From Macrostomum hystrix (Eukaryota; Animalia; Platyhelminthes), in the NCBI GenBank assembly GCA_950097015.1, contig CATNEN010000039.1, forward strand, positions 16,182,001 to 16,246,000: a DNA stretch of 64,000 nucleotides. The letters run 5' to 3'. Positions within the stretch are counted from its first letter, which is position 1; every line of letters begins with the position of its first letter. Position numbers and translations under genes: made by a program. The notes under the pieces are model-generated. The model worked only from the letters and a program-made list of their open reading frames with translations. It did no database searches and was not told the DNA's origin. This document shows, in pieces, positions 52,401 to 64,000 of the stretch.

Positions 52401-52464
52401 TCTGTCGCCGATTAGACAATCGGCTTCGTTGAAGCGCCCCGTTGCTGGGGAGAATCGAAATTAA
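49202..52464 (+). CDS. Inward-rectifier potassium channel (Kir), exons 49202-49497, 49961-50354, 50896-51440, 52059-52464; start codon tentative
   Basis: KNGECN, DIFTTLVDIKWR, SIETQHTIGYG filter, KLSRPKKRAETLMFS, ILEGIIESTGMTTQARSSY, WGHRF, PRCSAREL; poly-Q tracts. Confidence 0.93.
49640..49950. repeat. Degenerate C-rich ~38-bp minisatellite
   Basis: cacccacccctcctccaaattccgtccct units. Confidence 0.85.
50535..50770. repeat. (ATCCC)n microsatellite
   Basis: Degenerate pentamer run in Kir intron 2. Confidence 0.93.
51482..52002 (-). mobile_element. Non-autonomous TIR element (~520 bp) filling Kir intron 3
   Basis: Imperfect TIRs acggtgggaattctcccctgacaa / ttgtcaggggggattcccccggt; homologous copy at 19490-19860. 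Confidence 0.7.
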
Positions 52465-54109
52465 ATATTATTTTATCTATTTACTTCATTGCTAGACAGA
52501 ACCATTAATCCCATTCTGATCCCCGATTGTTATTCCCAAATCCTAATTTTTCCCCAAATCCCGATTCCGAATCCTATTAATCTAGTCCCAAATCCCGATT
52601 CCGAATCCCATTTTTCGGGTCCCAAATCCCGATTTCGAATCCCATTAATCTGGTCCCAAATCCCAATTCCGATTCCCAAAATTCTCACTCTTTCATCCCG
52701 ATTCTAAATCCCATTAATCTTGTCAAAAATCCGTTTTGAAATTCCCAATCTTGACTTTAAATCCTATTTTCAGATCCTTGTTACCCTTTTCCGAATCCCA
52801 CATTTCATAAGAGGATTTATAAACCCAAATCCCTATTCCGTATCCTCACATTCTGCTCCCTAAATACAAGCACTAAGCACCAAGCCTCTCGAATCCCATT
52901 TCAAATTTAGGACCAAATTGTGGCTTCAGTATGATCGACGGAATCATTAAGTAATAATTTACACACTTGCAAGACCGGACTGACAAGTAAAAAGACGATT
53001 TCAAAATTTTTCTGTTTTTTTCTAATTAAATTTTTCTTTTTTAATTTCTTAAAAAGAATATATTTTTGCCTCAGCTGTCAATTTTTTTCTGTAACTTAGT
53101 TGTTAAGCTTCAAATTTTTAAATCATGCCTTTATCCTCTCTTCTACACAATAAACTCTCAAATCTAGTCATTGTTGCGGTGTTTGGTCCCGATGTAAATT
53201 ATTTTCCTGTATTTGGCGCCTAAAATGTTTATTGTGTTCTCGGATTTAGCAATGCTCTTGTCATTTTACTCAAAATTTTGTCTTTACAAAATGCTTTTAT
53301 TATAATTTTCATGAATTTTTTCTAAAAAATAAACTGCCGTATTGCCGCTGTATATTTTACATCGCATATAATGATAGAACTTTTGTAGCACTTGACAATC
53401 GCTACTTATGAGTAACATCAAGCGAATATTTGATGCTTGTTTGTTTAATAAATAAACTTGATGTTTCATAAACACGATTTTATGACTTTAGTTACTGTGT
53501 GTGGATTATCTAAACTCAGAGATGAAAAATATCGTGTGAAAACTTTTCACTTCACAAAGATTTTAATAATTTTCTTAACTGGCGCATAATCAGCTTATAA
53601 GCTACTTAAAGTAGGTGCTTATTTTGCTAGAATATCTATACTTTTTTGTGCGAAAACGTTTGACTGCCCTTAAGGCTTAATAAGATAAGAAAATTAATCT
53701 CTGGTATTATGAAGGCCGACGGAAGACTCTGATCAATGCTACTCAGCACTTTGGGAAAACTTAGCTATATTCGAAGAAATCGAAAATTTATAGTTTATCT
53801 TCCATTTTTGCAATTGGATGGTGGAGAAGAGAAATGAGAGTGTGAGGATTGGAGATAAGATAATGGAATGGGATGCCTGGGTACGACTCTAACATTAGGC
53901 TACTCACCATCAAACCCCTATTTTCCTGAGCAGTATAGGGGAACAAGTAGGGTATATGAACTCAAATAGTCTATTAGATTATTCGGCAGCTATAATATAA
54001 TAGTTAAAATCCTCAACGAGAAATTCCCATTATGCCAATGCATTCTTGCTATTTCGCAGTTCTTCAAATTCTTCAGGAGAACTTAACGACATGGATATGA
54101 TCCGTAAAA

Positions 54110-54857
54110 GAGCTGGATTGGTGCTGGATTAGTGCTGGATTGGTGCTGGATTAGTGCTGGATTGGTGCTGGATTAGTGCTGGATTGGTGCTGGATTATTG
54201 CTGGATTAGTGCTGGATTGGTGCTGGTTTGGTGCTGGATTAGTGCTGGATTAGTGCTGGATTAGTGCTGGATATAGGTGCTGGATTAGTGCTGGATTCCT
54301 GCTGGATTCGTGCCGGTTTGGTGCTGGATTAGTGCTGGATTAGTGCTGGATTTGGTGCTGGATATAGGTGCTGGATTAGTGCTGGATTAGTGCTGGATTA
54401 GTGCTGGATTAGTGCTGGATTAGTGCTGGATTGGTGCTGGATTAGTGCTGGATTGGTGCTAGATTTGTGCTGGATTAGTGCTGGATTGGTGCTGGATTGG
54501 TGCTGTATTAGTGCTGGATTAGTGCTGGATTAGTGCTGGATTAGTGCTCGACTAGTGCTGGATTAGTGCTGGATTAGTGCTGGACTAGTGCTGGATTGGT
54601 GCTGGATTGGTGCTGGATTAGTGCTGGATTAGTGCTGGATTAGTGCTGGATTAGTGCTGGATTTGGTGCTGGATTTGGTGCTGGATTAGTGCTGGATTAG
54701 TGCTGGATTAGTGCTGGACTAGTGCTGGATTGGTGCTGGATTGGTGCTGGATTGGTGCTGGATTGGTGCTGGATTGGTGCTGGATTAGTGCTGGATTAGT
54801 GCTGGATTATTGCTGGATTCGTGCTGGATTGGTGCTGGATTTGGTGCTGGATTAGTG
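54110..54857. repeat. 11-bp minisatellite gtgctggattR
   Basis: About 65 units. Confidence 0.96.
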
Positions 54858-55666
54858 GACGGAGAGTTAAGAAATTAAAAGATATTAGACAGAAGAGAGC
54901 TGAAATGGGGAAGAGAAGAGAGAGGGAGAGATGAGACGGAGAGATGAGACTGGGAGAGATAAGACAGGGAGAGATGAAAAACGGGAGAGATCAGACTGGG
55001 GAGAGATAAGACATGGGAGATAATGGAGACGCATAGATGAGCAGGGTAGGAAAAATATAGGGAATGGGGATTAGGCACAGGAGAGACTGGGAATCGATGG
55101 CAGTAAAGATGAGACATGTTATTTAGATTAGGATTTAATGGGAGAAGTGTCCCTAGGGACCAGTGGGCCAGACTCAAGTGTTTTGCAGATGATCGAAATG
55201 ATTAGCCGCAGTGCATTATTTGAGCAGTTTTCAAAAGCATCGAAATGTAAGTGAGTTAGTTAGAATTTGTCTCTGTGTTTGGAGGGTAGGGAGAGAGTCG
55301 GCAGCTGGAATGATCGGGCTTAACGTTTCTCTTCCCCTCCAGCGAGTTGGTGGCTGCCTGCAGCTGACTAGAGTAAGAGAACAACTCGTGCTCGTTCCTA
55401 GCTGCTCAAAGCCAACCCCATATTCTCGTCGCTCTGTGCTCACAGTAACATTCTCTCCCCTTTTCGTCGCCACCCCCCGCTTTGAGCTGTCGGGTTTTTT
55501 CTCTCTGTACGTCATACTCCACCCTTAGCGGCCCAACCATCTCAAACAATTTTATTTTCATCTGCTGCTGCTGCTGCTGCTGCTGCTTTGTTTTTTTTCT
55601 ACAAGTATATCATTCCGTCTTAGCCTGACAAAGAAAGACTATTTTTTACAATCAAAAGAAAATACA

Positions 55667-58600
55667 ATGAATATGTTTAGGAAGCAGCGCTCGTCGACTT
55701 CAGTTTTATTGTGAGTAATTTAAAGCTTTCTTGACTTGGAGTTTATTGAGAAATCCTTCAAATAAGTCTACAAGAATTTCACTATAACAAATTTTGCTTG
55801 TGTCTGCAGTCAAGCGTGTCGAATGGCTACTCCTGTGGGAGTCGCCTAGGTGGGATGAGAAAACCGGACAAGGCCTGAGTCCTTCATTGGTTTGGACTGG
55901 CTGACCTAGGGGGGAGAACTATTTCAAGCTTCCACCTTTTGTGTGCGGGGAGAAATTTCCCATCAAAGCTCCAAGACTGCCCCCGAGACATTTCCCAGAG
56001 ATTTAGAGGGGGATTGGGGTGGTCTGTGGATCGTACGGGATCAGGGGATGATGAGGAATTTAACAAAAGGACTGCTCCCATATATGTGGCTCCACATCTC
56101 TCCCTCTCTTCCCCGTTTCACTGGTCCTTAAAAAGCTTCCGACCATTTTAGAGTTCCCGCCTATTTAGGACACACGGAGTTTTTCTGACAGACAGAGTTT
56201 GATATTATTCTATGGCCGCAGCTAATGGAGCCTGTTCTAAGCAGCTTCAACTGTACGCATTGCGCAGGTCCTACGGCTCGTCGCTGTCCATCGATCGGTC
56301 GGTGCGCATGGAAGATTTCGTGTTCGATCTATTGCGCGATGAGGACACGGACAAGGTTGATATGAACCGGTTCCAACAGGTGAGGACAAGGGCTAAAGGG
56401 TTTGAATCTACGAGTAAAGTTTCTCAGAAAAACAATTTGTCGTCAAGCAACACGCTTAACTGTGCAATGGGTTACCAGCATTAGCCTTGATGTCGCGGCC
56501 TCGCTGTTTTATGACTGAAAAAAACTGTGCTGACAGAAAACAATTTGGCACTATTTAGAAGAGGAGGTAGTCCCACTTTTTGCTAAATAAGAAACCATCC
56601 TTCGGAGAATGTTCTTGAGACAGCTAAAATGAAAACATGGAGCTCCTCCTTCGGAGAAGTTTTTGAGACAGCTAAAATGAAAACATGGAGCTCCTCCTTC
56701 GGAGAATGTTTTTGAGACAGCTAAAACGAAAACATGGAGCTCCTCCTTCGGAGAATATTTTTGAGACAGCTAAAATGAAAACATGGAGCTCCTCCTTCGG
56801 AGAATGTTTTTGAGACAGCTAAAATGAAAACATGGAGCTCCTCCGAAGAAGGAGTTTTTTTCGATTGCGCGATCGAAATTTCATATCTATCTTCAAGTCC
56901 ATTTGCTATTTTAATTCAGCTAATCGAGGAGACTGGCATCCGTCTGACCGATCCAAGGCTGCAGGACACCACAGCCAAGATCTCAGAGTTCACCAGGCAC
57001 GCCTACAGGCTGCGATCCGTCGGCGACGACTGTCCGATGGACGTCTTCGGCATGGACAGGGTGGCTTTCAGCAGGTCGGTAAAGTTCTTTCTTAGAAAGC
57101 AACAAAGGAAACATACGGAAGGTCTGAGGGTAGATAGACGGAGTTGCAAGTTGACTAATTATCACTTGATGGTGCCTGATGGTGAGAAAGTCAGGGCAGA
57201 TGTACACACCTGTGCGAGGGTGTGCCTGCGAACAGCTAGTATCTGTGTGCGTGTGTGCTCAGGAGTCAGCGAACAGGTGGAATTGTCTCCTCTCTGGCTG
57301 TGGGTCCAGTGTCACCAAAGGATGTGCCATTGCCCGCAGCCCTCCTGCATTTATTATTATTATTATTATCAATACTATTATTTATAAGTTTATTACCACC
57401 GTCCCGTTTGCAGTCTCATCGAGCCGAATCTATCATTTATCTCCCGCATTCTTGAGCGCGAGTTAGTCATCCCGAATTGGGGAGAATTTTGCAACGAAAT
57501 TGAGTCCATGTACAACATCTCGAAGTCGGTCTCAGATGGTCGAGTGGCGACCTACATTCCGCAGCTGGCTCGTTGCAACCCTGACATCTGGGCCCTATCG
57601 GTGTGCACTGTGGATGGACAAAGGTAACCGCTTAGCGTTTCTTAGAAATCGTCAGCTTTATTGACAACTTCGGTTTAACTCGTTTAATATTATACTTTGC
57701 GTCTTTCTCTGACACCTCATCTGACACCTCATCTGACACCTAATATCTGACACCTAATATCTGACACCTAATATCTGACACCTAATATCTGACACCTAAT
57801 ATCTGACACATAATATCTGACACATAATATCTGACAACTAATATCTGACACCTAATATCTGACACATAATATCTGACAACTAATATCTGACACCTAATAT
57901 CTGACAACTAATATCTGACACCTAATATCTGGCACCTAATATCTGACAACTAATATCTGACAACTAATATCTGACACCTAATATCTGACACCTAATATCT
58001 GACACATAATATCTGACACATAATATCTGACAACTAATATCTGACACCTAATATCTGACACATAATATCTGACAACTAATATCTGACACCTAATATCTGA
58101 CACATAATATCTGACAACTAATATCTGACACCTAATATCTGACACCTAATATCTGACACATAATATCTGACACATAATATCTGACAACTAATATCTGACA
58201 CCTAATATCTGACACATAATATCTGACAACTAATATCTGACACCTAATATCTGACAACTAATATCTGACACCTAATATCTGGCACCTAATATCTGACAAC
58301 TAATATCTGACAACTAATATCTGACACCTAATATCTGACACCTAATATCTGACACATAATATCTGACACATAATATCTGACAACTAATATCTGACACCTA
58401 ATATCTGACACATAATATCTGACAACTAATATCTGACACCTAATATCTGACACATAATATCTGACAACTAATATCTGACACCTAATATCTGACAACTAAT
58501 ATCTGACACCTAATATCTGACAACTAATATCTGACAACTAATATCTGACAACTAATATCTGACAACTAATATCTGACACCTAATATCTGACACCTAATAT

Positions 58601-61600
58601 CTGACAACTAATATCTGACAACTAATATCTGACACCTAATATCTGACACCTAATATCTGACACATAATATCTGACACATAATATCTGACAACTAATATCT
58701 GACACCTAATATCTGACACCTAATATCTGACACCTAATATCTGACACCTAATATCTGACACCTAATATCTGACACATAATATCTGACACATAATATCTGA
58801 CAACTAATATCTGACACCTAATATCTGACACCTAATATCTGACACCTAATATCTGACACCTAATATCTGACACCTAATATCTGACACATAATATCTGACA
58901 CATAATATCTGACAACTAATATCTGACACCTAATATCTGACACCTAATATCTGACACCTATCGGATATCGATCAATCTAATTTCTCCCATCTGTCACCTC
59001 ACATTGGAACCAGAGTCAGACAATGCGCATCGCAGTTAAATCCCTCATTCAACCCAATCTACCATCCTCTGATCCCTGCAGATTCAGCCTTGGCAGCACA
59101 CCGACCAATTTCACGATGCAGGCGTCTCAGTTTCCGCTAGCCTACTCAGTGGCTCTCAATCACTGCCAGGACGAGTTCAGTGTCCACGACTTTGTGGGCT
59201 TCGAGCCGTCCGGGCTGCCGTACCGGTCCATGACGCTCAACACCGACAGTGGGTCATGGGAGAGGGGATTTGCGGGCTTAATAGGGCCGGTTTCGAAGGC
59301 GCGATGAGAGTGTACGATTACAACAAAATAGTTTTTCGAAATATATTTTTCAGCAAATTTCAAACTTTAGGATTTATTTTATATCAAAGTTATTTTCTTT
59401 TCAATTTTTTTTAAATTACAAATTGAATCGAACCCCGAACCCATCCTATCCAATAGACAAGCCGCACAACCCGCTGATTGGCACGGGAGCCATGGTGGTT
59501 GCCTCACTAATCAAGCCCAGAATGCCGCTATCGGACAGGTTCGACTTTGTGAGTCTTTGTTTATATTATCTCATTGGTTCAAACTGCGATAAGCCTACCT
59601 TGTCTGCCCCAAAGCTTCGAACCTACCTCGAACCCTACCCTAGTCTACCCCAAACCATAGTCTACCCCAAACCATAGTCTACCCCAAACCATAGTCTACC
59701 CCAAATCATAGTCTACCCCAAACCATAGTCTACCCCGAACCCTACTGTAGTCTACCTCAAACCTCCATTCTAGTCTACCCCAAACCCTACTCTAGTCTAC
59801 CCCAAACCCTACTCTAGTCTACCCCAAACCCTACTCTAGTCTACCCCAAACCCTACTCTAGTCTACCCCAAACCCTACTCTAGTCTACCCCAAACCCTAC
59901 TCCAGTATCCCTAAACCATAGCCTACCTCAGATCCATATTCTAGTTCCACAATGCCAACCAAACCTACTTAAGTCCTTACCCTAAACTTTCTAAATCTGC
60001 ACCCCTCTTTTCAATCAGTTCCCATGTTTGCTTTGGTCTGCCCCAAATCCTGAATTTGTCGCAGCGAATCAGTCCTAGACAAATTCATCATCATCTGGCC
60101 TGTCTAATTATGTTTACTGCTAGTAGATTTTTTTGCATACAAAGAAGGAAGACTTATACATTAGTCATGCCAGTTGGTTAAGCTACCCAAATTTAATTAA
60201 GATGCATTCTATATTAGGCATGTAGCGAAGAGACCTGTGCTAGGGTAATGAGAATAAATTGCGCCTCAAAGAAGTATTCTTGCCAAGGAGATTGAGAACA
60301 GAGGGACCGAGTTCGTTAGATCTTTTTTAAATATTTATTTTACTATCAATTTCTGCTTTGGTTTTTCTTATGTTCGTCATAGTAGTAATGCAGTACTATG
60401 TTATAATATCGTATTATAAATGAATCAAATTTTCAGCTAATCTCTAGGTACAAAGAGTTTGCCGGCTCTGAGTACGTTGGATTTAATAATGCTGCGTAAG
60501 TGTGTCAAGAGGGATTAATGAGCGAAGATTTTAAGAGTCAGGGAGTGAGGGTTGGAAGGGTCAGGGAGTGAGGGTTAGAAGGGTCAGGGACCGAGGGTTA
60601 GAAGGGTCAGGGAGTGAGGGTTAGAAGGATCAGGGAGTGATGGTTAGAAGGGTCAGGGAGCGAGGGTTAGAATGATCAGGGAGTGAGGGTTAGAAGGGTC
60701 AGGGAGTGAGGGTTAGAAGGGTCAGGGAGTGAGGGTTAGAAGGGTCAGGGAGCGAGGGTTAGAATGATCAGGGAGTGAGGGTTAGAAGGGTCAGGGAGTG
60801 AGGGTTAGAAGGGTCAGGGAGTGAGGGTTAGAAGGGACAGGGAGTGAGGGTTAGAAGGGACAGGGAGTGAGGGTTAGAAGGATCAGGGAGTGAGGGTTAG
60901 AAGGGTCAGGGAGTGAGGGTTAGAAGGGTCAGGGAGTGAGGGTTAGAAGGGACAGGGAGTGAGGGTTAGAAGGGACAGGGAGTGAGGGTTAGAAGGATCA
61001 GGGAGTGAGGGTTAGAAGGATCAGGGAGTGAGGGTTAGAAGGGTCAGGGAGTGAGGGTTAGAAGGGTCAAACGGGCCTATTGCTAATAAAGCAGGCACTG
61101 TCCACAGATTCTTATCTGAGCGCAGTTCCTCGGATCGCAACGTAGCCATCGGACACATCCTGCGTGAGAACAAGTGCTTTCCAGCCGACTCATCCCTAGC
61201 TGAGACATTGGACTTTTATTTTCAGGTCTGGTAAAATATTAATTTAACCTAATAAAAATAAAAATTGCAGGAGGGCTGCGGGCAATGGCACATCATTTAG
61301 TGACACTAGACCCGCAGCAAGCGAGCAGGCAATTCTGCCCATTTCGCTGACTCCTGAGCACACACGCACACAGATACGAGTATTGTACCCAGGCAAAAGC
61401 TTACACAGGTGTGTACATCTGCACAGACTTTCTCATCGCCAGGCAGTGTACACTTCACTGTGCCTTGGAGGTTGGCCCTCAAGGGCGTCAATTGCACGAC
61501 AAGCCCCAAAGCCTTCTCTCCGCGGCTGCGCCCCAAATAAATGTGGCCTCGCCGTAGGGAATCGAACTTAGGGACCGTGGTGCGAGAGGCAAACGCGATA

Positions 61601-63018
61601 ACCGCTCTGCTAGTCGCCCCCTTAATTTAACCTAAGATTCGTACTGAAAGTAGCGCGCTAGAGATTTTCGACGAGTTTTATAAAAAACTGCCTCTTACTG
61701 ATGACGCAATGAACACAGATGTGCAGCATAGAGATCAACTGCGAGTCGGGCTCGTTGATGGCTGCCACCCTTGCCAATTCTGGCGAGTGTCCGGTGACCA
61801 GTAAGCGGGTCATGTCACCAGAGTCGGTTCGTTCCACTCTGTCCCTGATGAGCTCCACAGGAATGTACGATTTCTCTGGCCAGTTCGCCTTCCAAGTTGG
61901 CCTGCCGGCTAAGTCGGCAATTTCCGGCTGCCTGCTGCTGGTTGTGCCTGGAGTCTGCGGATTCTGTATGTACTCGCCAGCCTTAGACAAATTCTCTAAT
62001 CCGGCCAGGGCTGTGCGCTTCTGTCAGGTGAAAACGTTATTTTTAACCAGCACCCACCCCTCCTCCGATTTCGTCCTTTGTTAGTACTCAAACCTCCTCC
62101 GATACCTTTTCTCGTTTGCATCCACCCCTCATCCAAATTTCATCCTTTGCCAGCACTCAACCCTCCTCCAATTCCGTCCCCGCATGCACCCACCCCTCCT
62201 CCAATTCCGTCCCCGCATGCACCCACCCCTCCTCCGATTCCGTCCCTCGCTTGCGAACACCCCTCATCCAATTCAGTCTTTCGCTTGCACCCACCCCTCC
62301 TCTGAATTCCATTCTTAGCCAGCACTTACCCCTCCTCAACATCACTCGATAGCACCCACTCCTCATCCAAAATTTCATCCTTTGTTAACACTCACCCCTC
62401 CACAAATTTTGCCCCTCGCTTACACCCACCCCTTGTTCAACTTCCGTCAGCATTTATCGACTTTCTGTTTTCTGTTTTGTGGACTGACTGTCAGCGTGCA
62501 AAGGACACACAACTCCTAAATTCCAGGAGCTAGTAAACCGGTTTAACTTTCACAACTTCGAGGCTCGCCTAAAGCCCAGCGCCACTGATAAGCTGGACCC
62601 GTGCGTGAAACCCTACGAGGCATCGGCGCACGAAGCGTTGACCATTTTCTACGCCGCCTTTCACAACGACGTCGCCGCTCTGCGTCGCGCCTACCTGCGC
62701 GGCTTCAACATGCAGCTGAGGGACTACGACCAGCGCACCGCGCTGCACATCGCCGCCTCCGAGGGCCACTTGGCCACCGTCAGGTTTCTGACGGACGTCT
62801 GCGGCCTCTCGCCTCGCGATCCGGATCGTTGGGGCTTCACGCCGCTCCTGGAGGCTCAGCGCTTCAACTGGCCAGCCGTTGAGGCTCATCTTGGCCGGGT
62901 GCTGCGGGCGCAGGACAGCTCGGCCGCGGCGATGTCGATAACATCGCCAGGACCGTCGGGAGCCGTCGAAACTGTCGATGAAGTCGACGATGACGCCGAG
63001 GGCACGACCCAGGTCTGA
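55667..63018 (+). CDS. GLS: Glutaminase-like protein with C-terminal ankyrin repeats, catalytic dyad substituted; 10 exons: 55667-55710, 56268-56379, 56920-57074, 57414-57623, 59082-59248, 59457-59548, 60437-60495, 61108-61225, 61719-62027, 62527-63018
   Basis: [84 protein letters not shown]; all splice phases consistent. Confidence 0.92.
56598..56850. repeat. 49-bp tandem array
   Basis: ccttcggagaatgtttttgagacagctaaaatgaaaacatggagctcct, about 5 units. Confidence 0.93.
57172..57385 (+). mobile_element. 5'-truncated tRNA-SINE copy
   Basis: gagaaagtcagggcagatgtacacacc...cccgcagccctcctgca(ttA)n. Confidence 0.85.
57707..58960. repeat. 14-bp minisatellite atctgacacctaat
   Basis: About 88 units. 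Confidence 0.97.
59620..59940. repeat. 17/22-bp tagtctaccccaaacc array
   Basis: Tandem units. Confidence 0.9.
60535..61068. repeat. 23-bp G-rich minisatellite agggagtgagggttagaagggtc
   Basis: About 23 units. Confidence 0.96.
61253..61621 (-). mobile_element. Full-length tRNA-derived SINE
   Basis: tRNA head at the right end, tail at the left end; 14-bp TSD ttaatttaacctaa at 61239-61252 and 61622-61635. Confidence 0.92.
62050..62450. repeat. Degenerate C-rich minisatellite related to 49640-49950
   Basis: cacccctcctccaattccgtccc units. Confidence 0.8.
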
Positions 63019-63025
63019 TTTTCTT

Positions 63026-63200
63026 ACACGGACTATTTAGTTACGCGTAGTAATTAATTAATTACTAATTGACTAATTAATAATCAGTGCCAAGCCCTGA
63101 ACAGTCGTTTAATTAGTTAACTAATAGTTAATTAGTTACTAATTACTTTTCAATTAGTAATTCATAATTACTAATTAATTAAAAATTGGGTAGTCCGTGT
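63026..63200. mobile_element. Small foldback/MITE-like element
   Basis: Terminal inverted repeat acacggacta/tagtccgtgt with internal TAATTA-rich inverted tracts; no TSD seen. Confidence 0.5.
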
Positions 63201-64000
63201 GGGCTTCTTGGAATACAGATAAATATTTGTCCTGAATTCAAACATATTTCGTTGTAAAATATATATTTCGTTAGGAAAATTAAGTTTCCGGTCATTTTCG
63301 ATCAATTTTGTACACAAGATCTCTATAGCAAATATCTAGTGAAAATCCTATGAAAAAATAGCCTAGAACTCTATTTATGTTTTAATGTACATCGACTATA
63401 CTGTACATAGTAAATGTACATGTGCTGTACATCCTTGAGCACAATTCACTGATCTAATGTACATAAGTTTTTAAGGGCAAACAAATTTGCCCAATTTGAT
63501 CTAGATCTAGATATTTGTTAATCCTGCACTTTAAAAGTACAATTTAAAAAGCTGAAAAATAGTTTACTATGCTTTTAATTTTGTCGGCTTCGTTGTAGTG
63601 AAAAATGCGTTTCAATTTTGTTTAGTACTGCACTTACTTTACTTGATATCAAATTTCAAGCATTACATTAAAATAAAATCAATTGCATAATACAATTTAA
63701 CGCACAATTAACTATTTAGCGTTGATGAATTTTGCTGAAACATATCACTTGTGACATGCGCATAATATTTACAATTGATCTGTTGCAATTATTTTAGTCT
63801 GTTTCTAAGAAACGCTTACGTAAAGATGCGTATTTTAAAGAATGAAATATACTCGCATAATAATACTTTAGTTCAATAGAACTCACGGCAAACAAGGTGA
63901 GAAGAAAATGACACAAAAAATTATTTAGTCTTTTTCATTGAAAAAACTGATGACAGATGGGACACGGAGTAGTAGATGAGACACGGGAGAGATGAGACTG

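Noticed and set aside
60535-61068. Interstitial telomere
   Set aside because: GGGTTAG occurs once per 23-bp unit, not as (TTAGGG)n
61545-61621. tRNA gene
   Set aside because: A/B boxes are present but there is no acceptor-stem closure; it is the head of a SINE with TSDs

Overview
Eukaryotic (metazoan) genomic DNA with GC-rich exons and AT-rich, satellite-filled introns. The style (poly-Q/S/A exons, a different minisatellite in most long introns) is consistent with a flatworm such as Macrostomum, but this is inference only. Eight protein genes lie in two divergent blocks. Minus strand: SNAP-25, TMEM229-like, CCT2, acetyl-CoA synthetase. Plus strand: group I PAK kinase, GH1 beta-glucosidase, Kir channel, glutaminase-like. 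A ~10 kb gap rich in transposon relics separates the blocks (SINE split by a Sola-like element, mariner remnant). Main findings: (1) an intact 10-exon glutaminase homologue has lost the catalytic SxxK dyad and is a candidate pseudoenzyme; (2) SNAP-25 has a tandemly duplicated, mutually exclusive 49-nt exon (not the exon duplicated in vertebrates) plus a paralogous alternative first exon; (3) a structured tRNA-derived SINE family forms inverted pairs around exons. Exon boundaries were read by eye from GT/AG sites and reading frame. Most long ORFs in the supplied track are tandem-repeat artefacts.
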